Source: Candidatus Woesebacteria bacterium RIFCSPHIGHO2_01_FULL_39_23
Lineage (GTDB): Bacteria > Patescibacteriota > Microgenomatia > UBA8517
Direction: 5' to 3'
Length of the DNA: 64,000 nt
Assembly: GCA_001792305.1 (NCBI GenBank)
Contig: MGGH01000036.1
Location: 18,599 to 82,598 of the forward strand
Shown: in pieces, positions 58,982 to 64,000 of the stretch
Layout of the letters: every line of letters starts with the position of its first letter
Position numbering within the stretch: the stretch's first letter is position 1
Notes under the pieces: model-generated
Told to the model about the DNA's origin: nothing
What the model saw: the letters and a program-made list of their open reading frames with translations, nothing else
Database searches by the model: none
Translations under genes and position numbers: made by a program

Positions 58982-59589
58982 ACATCAATTCCTACACTTT
59001 TAAGTTGTTCAAGATATTTATCAAATCCTTCATAAAGGAAAGTTGTTATTCCAACTTCTTTAGCTCCAATCAGATTATCGGGATTGTCGTCAGCGAACAC
59101 AATTGAAGATGGTTCTACTTGAGATTTCTTAGCAAGAGTTTCAAATATTTTTCTGTCGGGTTTATTTACTCCAACTTCATACGAAAAAACGGCTATATCA
59201 AAATTATTCAGGAAACCGAATTTTTCTTGTAAACCATTGACTCTTGCTGGAAAATTATTAGAGCAAATGGCTGTTTTGTAACCTTTCTCTCTTAAACTTT
59301 TTACAGTAGCAACTACGCTTTCGTTTACATCATAGCCATCAATCATCAGTTTTACTATCTCCTGCCAAGGTTTATCTAGCCTCCATTCTTTAACAGCCCA
59401 AGACCAATACTTCTCATCAGTCATTTTTCCGTTTTTATATTGTTGGTTCATCTGGGGAGATTTAAGAAATACTCTTTTGACTTCATCTTCACTGATACCA
59501 AGTTTTCCTAAGGCAGAAATAAAATTAGCCTTTCCGTTTGGGAAATAAACTCCGTCCAAATCAAATGTAATAACTTTAATCATAGGCAT
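58978..59589 (-). CDS. HAD-family phosphatase
   Basis: FDLDGV, CSNN, KPD, FADD. Confidence 0.92.
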   Translation of the reverse strand: MPMIKVITFDLDGVYFPNGKANFISALGKLGISEDEVKRVFLKSPQMNQQYKNGKMTDEKYWSWAVKEWRLDKPWQEIVKLMIDGYDVNESVVATVKSLREKGYKTAICSNNFPARVNGLQEKFGFLNNFDIAVFSYEVGVNKPDRKIFETLAKKSQVEPSSIVFADDNPDNLIGAKEVGITTFLYEGFDKYLEQLKSVGIDV

Positions 59590-59948
59590 ATTTTATCAAA
59601 ATTTGTTTATTCATAAAACCAATCCCATCCGTGGTTTTCTTTTAATATTTTAACAAGGTTCGAACTGTCCGAGTTTGGTGGCAAATTTCAAGGCTATTAT
59701 TGATTTGCTGGCCGTTTATCAAAAATGTCGAACTTCAATGTGTTAGCTCGGCCTTCGGCCTCGCTTGCTCCGGCGCGGCGCCCCCACCCGCCGCGCCTCC
59801 GCTATTTTTTGCACGTCCGATTTTGCGATTACTCCGCAATCGCTTATTGATGGAGATGTTAAATCCAAAGAATCTTAAATATGTACTAAACGTACAACAT
59901 TTTTAAGAATTACAAATATATATTTTATTGAAGATTCTTTACTTTTGT

Positions 59949-61082
59949 TTATTGCTGTGAGTTATGGGCTTTGGCAAAAGATATATTTTGATTAGACTCA
60001 TAAAGGTTTGCTACCCATGAAACTGCAATATCGCCACCGGCTATGACTGGTTTACTTGGGTAATAATCCTGTAAATTGGAAGTGGAGATTGTAATATATT
60101 CACCAATTATATTACCTATTCGACCATAATTTGCAACTAAAATATCATTATCTCCCGTAATGGATACTCCTATGGTACTAAGAATATAATGATCTTTATC
60201 CCAAGCTAAACCCATATTATTATTAAAAGGAGGATTACCCGTGAGAGGTGAAAATTGTAATAAAGTTCCGTCTTTATGCACTCTAGTTAAAGAAATGCCG
60301 GCATTACCATAAGTTATTATTGCAAATTCATTTCCATTCCAAACCATTGCATTAAGGTGTTCCGCTCCCGTAGAAGTTAAAACCTCATCGGTACCTACTT
60401 TTTCTCCGTTTTCGTTCACATAAGCAAACACTACTTCACGGCATGCACCACTGCAGGTTCTCATGTCTGACCAAGAAACTCCATATCCATAACCGTCGGT
60501 GTCAATTCTTGGCCGATAATATCCACCTCCATTTACAGAATTTAAAGGTATTAATTGACTAAGTTTATTACCTTCACGATCTAACCTTACAAATCTTGCT
60601 CCTCCTGGCGTAGGATCCGTGTCTTCATCTCCCCACCATGCGAGGCCATATTCTTCTGCCTTTTGATTCCAAACTACCGAGGGATGAACCCCGCCCTCGA
60701 TAATTAAAGTTTTGTCTAAAATGATATTTCCGCCTGTCGAAATTCTCGCATAGTAAAGTTTCCAGGAATCACGCCAAAAAATACCAAAATCCGTGCCGTT
60801 CCAAACAACATTAGGGTCCATAGAATCACTTGGATCGTTCGTGATTCTAATATCATTTCCAATTTTCTCTCCGTTTTTCTTGATAAAATTAAAATAGATT
60901 TCAGTATTGCCGTTACGGCTATCGTGATAAAGCACTCCAAATTTACCTCCGCCAAAGGCGAGATCAGGCACAAAAGCCGTGTTTGCCTCTGTAACAACAA
61001 CATTTTCCCAGTTGTATTGTTTTGCTTGTACAGAAAACGGTGTAAACATTATTAGAAACATTAAGATTATTATTTTTTTCAT
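59949..61082 (-). CDS. Secreted beta-propeller-like repeat protein
   Basis: Signal peptide; repeated P.VVWNG..FG..W.D units. Confidence 0.75.
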   Translation of the reverse strand: MKKIIILMFLIMFTPFSVQAKQYNWENVVVTEANTAFVPDLAFGGGKFGVLYHDSRNGNTEIYFNFIKKNGEKIGNDIRITNDPSDSMDPNVVWNGTDFGIFWRDSWKLYYARISTGGNIILDKTLIIEGGVHPSVVWNQKAEEYGLAWWGDEDTDPTPGGARFVRLDREGNKLSQLIPLNSVNGGGYYRPRIDTDGYGYGVSWSDMRTCSGACREVVFAYVNENGEKVGTDEVLTSTGAEHLNAMVWNGNEFAIITYGNAGISLTRVHKDGTLLQFSPLTGNPPFNNNMGLAWDKDHYILSTIGVSITGDNDILVANYGRIGNIIGEYITISTSNLQDYYPSKPVIAGGDIAVSWVANLYESNQNISFAKAHNSQQ

Positions 61083-61222
61083 TTTAACCTCCGGATCCTA
61101 ATTTTATTAGATTAAATACATTTTAACACAGAAAAAGTTTTTTCATAGCTTACATAAGCCCTTGACGTTGAAACATAATCCATTTTATAATCACTATAAA
61201 TTTCTATCTCTACGACTTGAAA

Positions 61223-62101
61223 ATGGCCATGACAAAAGACGAAGCTTTAAACAGGCTTAAAGAATTAGCTATTAAGTTAAGAACTCCTCGACTAACACAA
61301 AAGGAGATTCGGTCTATTAAAGGACTAGAGTATCACTTAAGAGTACACTTCTCTGGGTTAGCAAGTGCGTTAAAAGAGGCAGGACTTCAACCAACCCCAC
61401 TGGCAGAAAAGATGAGTACATCAGACAAAGAATTATTAAGTTACATCCTAAATTTTAGTAAAAAAATTGGGAAAAGACCAACAGTTTTTGATATTAGACG
61501 TGATGGAAAATATTCAGAAGTAATTTTTAATAAAAGATTTGGTAGGAACGGTATCCAGAAAGCCTACGAATTGGCAAAAAACGAAACAAAAATGCAACCC
61601 ATTAAAGAGGATAAAGAAATATTAATAAAAGATTTTTTAAATAAACCGCTATTTTGGGGAAGAGCTGGAGAAACATACATCGTGGCTGAATTGATGTATA
61701 GGGGCTATAATGCAAGTTTATTACCTGTCGACTTGGGCGTGGACGTAATTGCAATTAAGGAAAGTAAGACGTTCTATTTTCAAGTTAAAAATGTATCTTT
61801 TGATAAAGTATCAAGCAGAACCATCCCTATAACAACCAGTTCTTTTTCGAAAAATCAGAGCAGTAATATGTTTTATGTTTTCGTACTTCAACATGGACAA
61901 AGGAAAAATATACTCTTCCTTCCTTATCAAAAAATGCATGAGCTTATTAATAAAAAACTAATCGTATTTGATAAGGATAGTAAAGATTTTTCAATATGCA
62001 TTTCCTTAAATGAAAAAATTGTAAATATTTGTCTGCCCACAGATAGGACTAAAGCAGAAGATGTCTCTAGTTACCTTGATGATTGGGATGTGATTGTATA
62101 A
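61223..62101 (+). CDS. Helical-repeat DNA-binding region fused to a PD-(D/E)XK nuclease
   Basis: Two repeats (..HFSGLASALKEAGL; GKRPT..KRFG) then GRAGE..ELMYRGY..VDLGVD..FQVK. Confidence 0.75.
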   Translation: MAMTKDEALNRLKELAIKLRTPRLTQKEIRSIKGLEYHLRVHFSGLASALKEAGLQPTPLAEKMSTSDKELLSYILNFSKKIGKRPTVFDIRRDGKYSEVIFNKRFGRNGIQKAYELAKNETKMQPIKEDKEILIKDFLNKPLFWGRAGETYIVAELMYRGYNASLLPVDLGVDVIAIKESKTFYFQVKNVSFDKVSSRTIPITTSSFSKNQSSNMFYVFVLQHGQRKNILFLPYQKMHELINKKLIVFDKDSKDFSICISLNEKIVNICLPTDRTKAEDVSSYLDDWDVIV

Positions 62102-62243
62102 AAAGTTCTTTAAAATTTCTGCGTTTTTTTCTTTCTTCTTTTTCCGGCGGCTGTCCGCAAGTTTCAAAAAAGGCGGATTTGACGCGCTTTCCGCGGAGGC
62201 GGGCGCGGAAAGCGCTACCTCCAAACGGCTTTCTTCTTCTTAC

Positions 62244-62317
62244 TGGCTGCCCAGCCACGATTCGAACGTGGATTAGATGGTTCAGAGCCATCTGGCCTAC
62301 CGTTAGCCGACCGGGCA
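62244..62317 (-). tRNA. tRNA-Gln(CTG)
   Basis: TGCCCGG/CTGGGCA acceptor, GATGG-CTCTGAA-CCATC anticodon arm, CCACG-TTCGAAT-CGTGG T arm, encoded CCA. Confidence 0.95.
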
Positions 62318-62345
62318 ATGCTACAAACCTAATTATACTAAATTT

Positions 62346-62954
62346 TTAGCCTGAAATTAATTCGCTTGTCAAAGTTGGTGTTGGAGAAGGGGTGAAGGTC
62401 GGTATTGGTTGGGTAGACGCGGGAAGTATTACCAGTCCTGTTATATCGGATATAATTAAAATATCAGTTGTTATATTATATTTTCCGACAGCGAAAATTT
62501 TTTTGCCCACAAGTCGCGCTGCATCAACAGTTGGGGGAACTTCCAGAGTAATTGCTTCAGCGGAAGTGGTTGTAAGATAGTATTTACCCGTAACAGATGA
62601 ATACCTTAAGATTCCGGAAAATGCAGTTTCCTTCCAGGGATTTGTGGTTGGTTGCGGTGTTTGTAAAGGAATGGGGGTGGGAAGGACGTCTTTAATCATG
62701 GGAACTTTGGCCAAAAATGCAGTAATTACGCCAAGACCGTACGTCCCTGTAAGAACTAAGGCTACGATAAGAAGTGTAGTAATGGGCCTGACCTTTATTT
62801 TTATTTCTACGCCCTCGTTTCCGATTATTTTTTTCCACCAATTCTTGATATAGGTAATAGGATTTCTAACTTTGAAATCAACTATTGGCGGCTCGTGAGA
62901 GATTTTCGGAGCCTTATTTTTGACCCTAATGTAATCTTTGGTCCATTTAGTCAC
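62346..62954 (-). CDS. Membrane-anchored hypothetical protein
   Basis: TM helix, P/T linkers, small beta domain. Confidence 0.7.
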   Translation of the reverse strand: MTKWTKDYIRVKNKAPKISHEPPIVDFKVRNPITYIKNWWKKIIGNEGVEIKIKVRPITTLLIVALVLTGTYGLGVITAFLAKVPMIKDVLPTPIPLQTPQPTTNPWKETAFSGILRYSSVTGKYYLTTTSAEAITLEVPPTVDAARLVGKKIFAVGKYNITTDILIISDITGLVILPASTQPIPTFTPSPTPTLTSELISG

Positions 62955-62999
62955 AATTTCAGTTTAGTACCAATGATTAACAACTTTCAACAGAGAAGA

Positions 63000-63383
63000 C
63001 TATCCTGTTACCGCCAACTCTTCTTGCAAAGCTTCCGGGAGTCTTCCTATTTTAGCTAAATATTCGATTGTGAGTTTGCGATCATTTTCACAGACCTTAA
63101 GGAAACTTTTTGCCGCGTTTCCTGCTGTACTACCTTCGCTTTCTACTATTGGTCTATATTTGTCAATTCTTGCCTGGTTATCCTTTAACCATTTTTCAAT
63201 TTCTGGATCTGTCATCAATTCTGCTCTTGTTTTTCCGGGGTTTCGGACCACGGGATCATCGGGTTCCAAAGTGCTTCCAATGGCTTCAAGATATGCCGCC
63301 GTTTCTGCTAATGGGCTTACCTTTTGAACTGTCGTGACATTTTCTTCTACATCCATGCCTATCGTTAATTTTACCACTTCCAA
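63000..63383 (-). CDS. Hypothetical protein
   Basis: 127 aa ORF; true start may be the later ATG. Confidence 0.6.
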   Translation of the reverse strand: MEVVKLTIGMDVEENVTTVQKVSPLAETAAYLEAIGSTLEPDDPVVRNPGKTRAELMTDPEIEKWLKDNQARIDKYRPIVESEGSTAGNAAKSFLKVCENDRKLTIEYLAKIGRLPEALQEELAVTG

Positions 63384-63461
63384 GTCCTCTTTGTCTTTAA
63401 AGTAAGTGTCTTATCATTCGTATTCTTTCAGTCATGGGTAAATTATATTAGACTTTAGACT

Positions 63462-64000
63462 GTGGTAAAGAGATTCACTGGACCGGCATTGATGGTTGGA
63501 GTCTATTTTATTTTTGTCCTCGGGGGGTATTTACTTTACAGCTCCGGGGCGCTCAATGGCTTTATTATTTGGGCCAAGCAAAATTTGGCTGTCTATTTCA
63601 TCTTTATTGTCGCTGCGAAGATAATGGGTTTGATTTTTCCGCCGATTCCAGGAGGCCTTATTACTTGGGGATCTATAGTAGTAATCGGCTGGCAGGCGGC
63701 ATTTGCGGCTGACTTCATCGGAGCCATGATTGGCGCCACAGCAAACTACTACATGGGTAGAAAATGGGGAATAACTATTGTTAAGAAAATTTTCGGAGAC
63801 ACAATATCAAATAAAATATCAAAGTTGAAAGTTAGAAAGGGAAGGGAGATTGAGTCTGTGGCCGTTTTTAAGATTGCCGGCGGTGGAACTATTGTGGAGG
63901 CGATATCATTTTTCGCAGGAATTATTAACCTTAACCTAAAACAGTTTCTGGCTGGAAGCGCAATTGCGAGCCTGGTAATAGGGTTGCCGACTTATATCCT
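63462..64000 (+). CDS. DedA/VTT (TVP38-like) membrane protein, 3'-partial
   Basis: Hand translation from GTG 63462: FPPIPGG..IGW..IGA..YYMGRKWG; open to the window end. Confidence 0.8.
   Translation, partial: MVKRFTGPALMVGVYFIFVLGGYLLYSSGALNGFIIWAKQNLAVYFIFIVAAKIMGLIFPPIPGGLITWGSIVVIGWQAAFAADFIGAMIGATANYYMGRKWGITIVKKIFGDTISNKISKLKVRKGREIESVAVFKIAGGGTIVEAISFFAGIINLNLKQFLAGSAIASLVIGLPTYI

Larger units (their letters stand above)
49255..62243. mobile_element. Composite accessory region at the tRNA-Gln 3' end
   Basis: Repeated (T)GGCTG cores, GC-rich hairpins, nucleases and GT clusters; no intact integrase in the window. Confidence 0.65.

Noticed and set aside
1-64000. CRISPR array, rRNA, intact transposase/integrase, reverse transcriptase, alternative genetic code
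   Set aside because: None seen; core genes end normally at TAA, TAG or TGA

Overview
AT-rich bacterial chromosome segment (code 11). Gene content and style (DUF3048/DUF4446, HTH-secD-secF, archaeal-type AspRS, many apparently leaderless genes) suggest a CPR/Patescibacteria genome, probably Microgenomates (inference). The core part carries the end of the ribosomal operon (rpoA, rplQ, rplM, rpsI), hsp20, recA-recX-rny-HU, an ABC-2 exporter, miaA, RNase P RNA, dtd, nth, secDF, cca, recJ, gltX, tRNA-Pro(GGG) and tRNA-Gln(CTG). Main points of interest: (1) a ~13 kb accessory stack 3' of tRNA-Gln, divided by copies of the tRNA 3'-end core, two of them fused to a shared REP-like leader plus a small GIY-YIG nuclease gene; (2) a T-box-controlled aspC-ppcA-aspS(YbaK fusion) operon; (3) two leader-peptide attenuators, one ahead of a GT2/methyltransferase/nucleotidyltransferase/PIG-L/LOG operon and one ahead of an MFS gene; (4) a displaced 49-nt copy of part of RNase P RNA flanking a three-gene block; (5) a 108-bp IS200/IS605-like miniature element interrupting a cupredoxin gene; (6) a three-promoter direct-repeat box around an OmpR-type two-component system. 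No rRNA or CRISPR array was seen. All family calls come from motif recognition by eye, not database searches.
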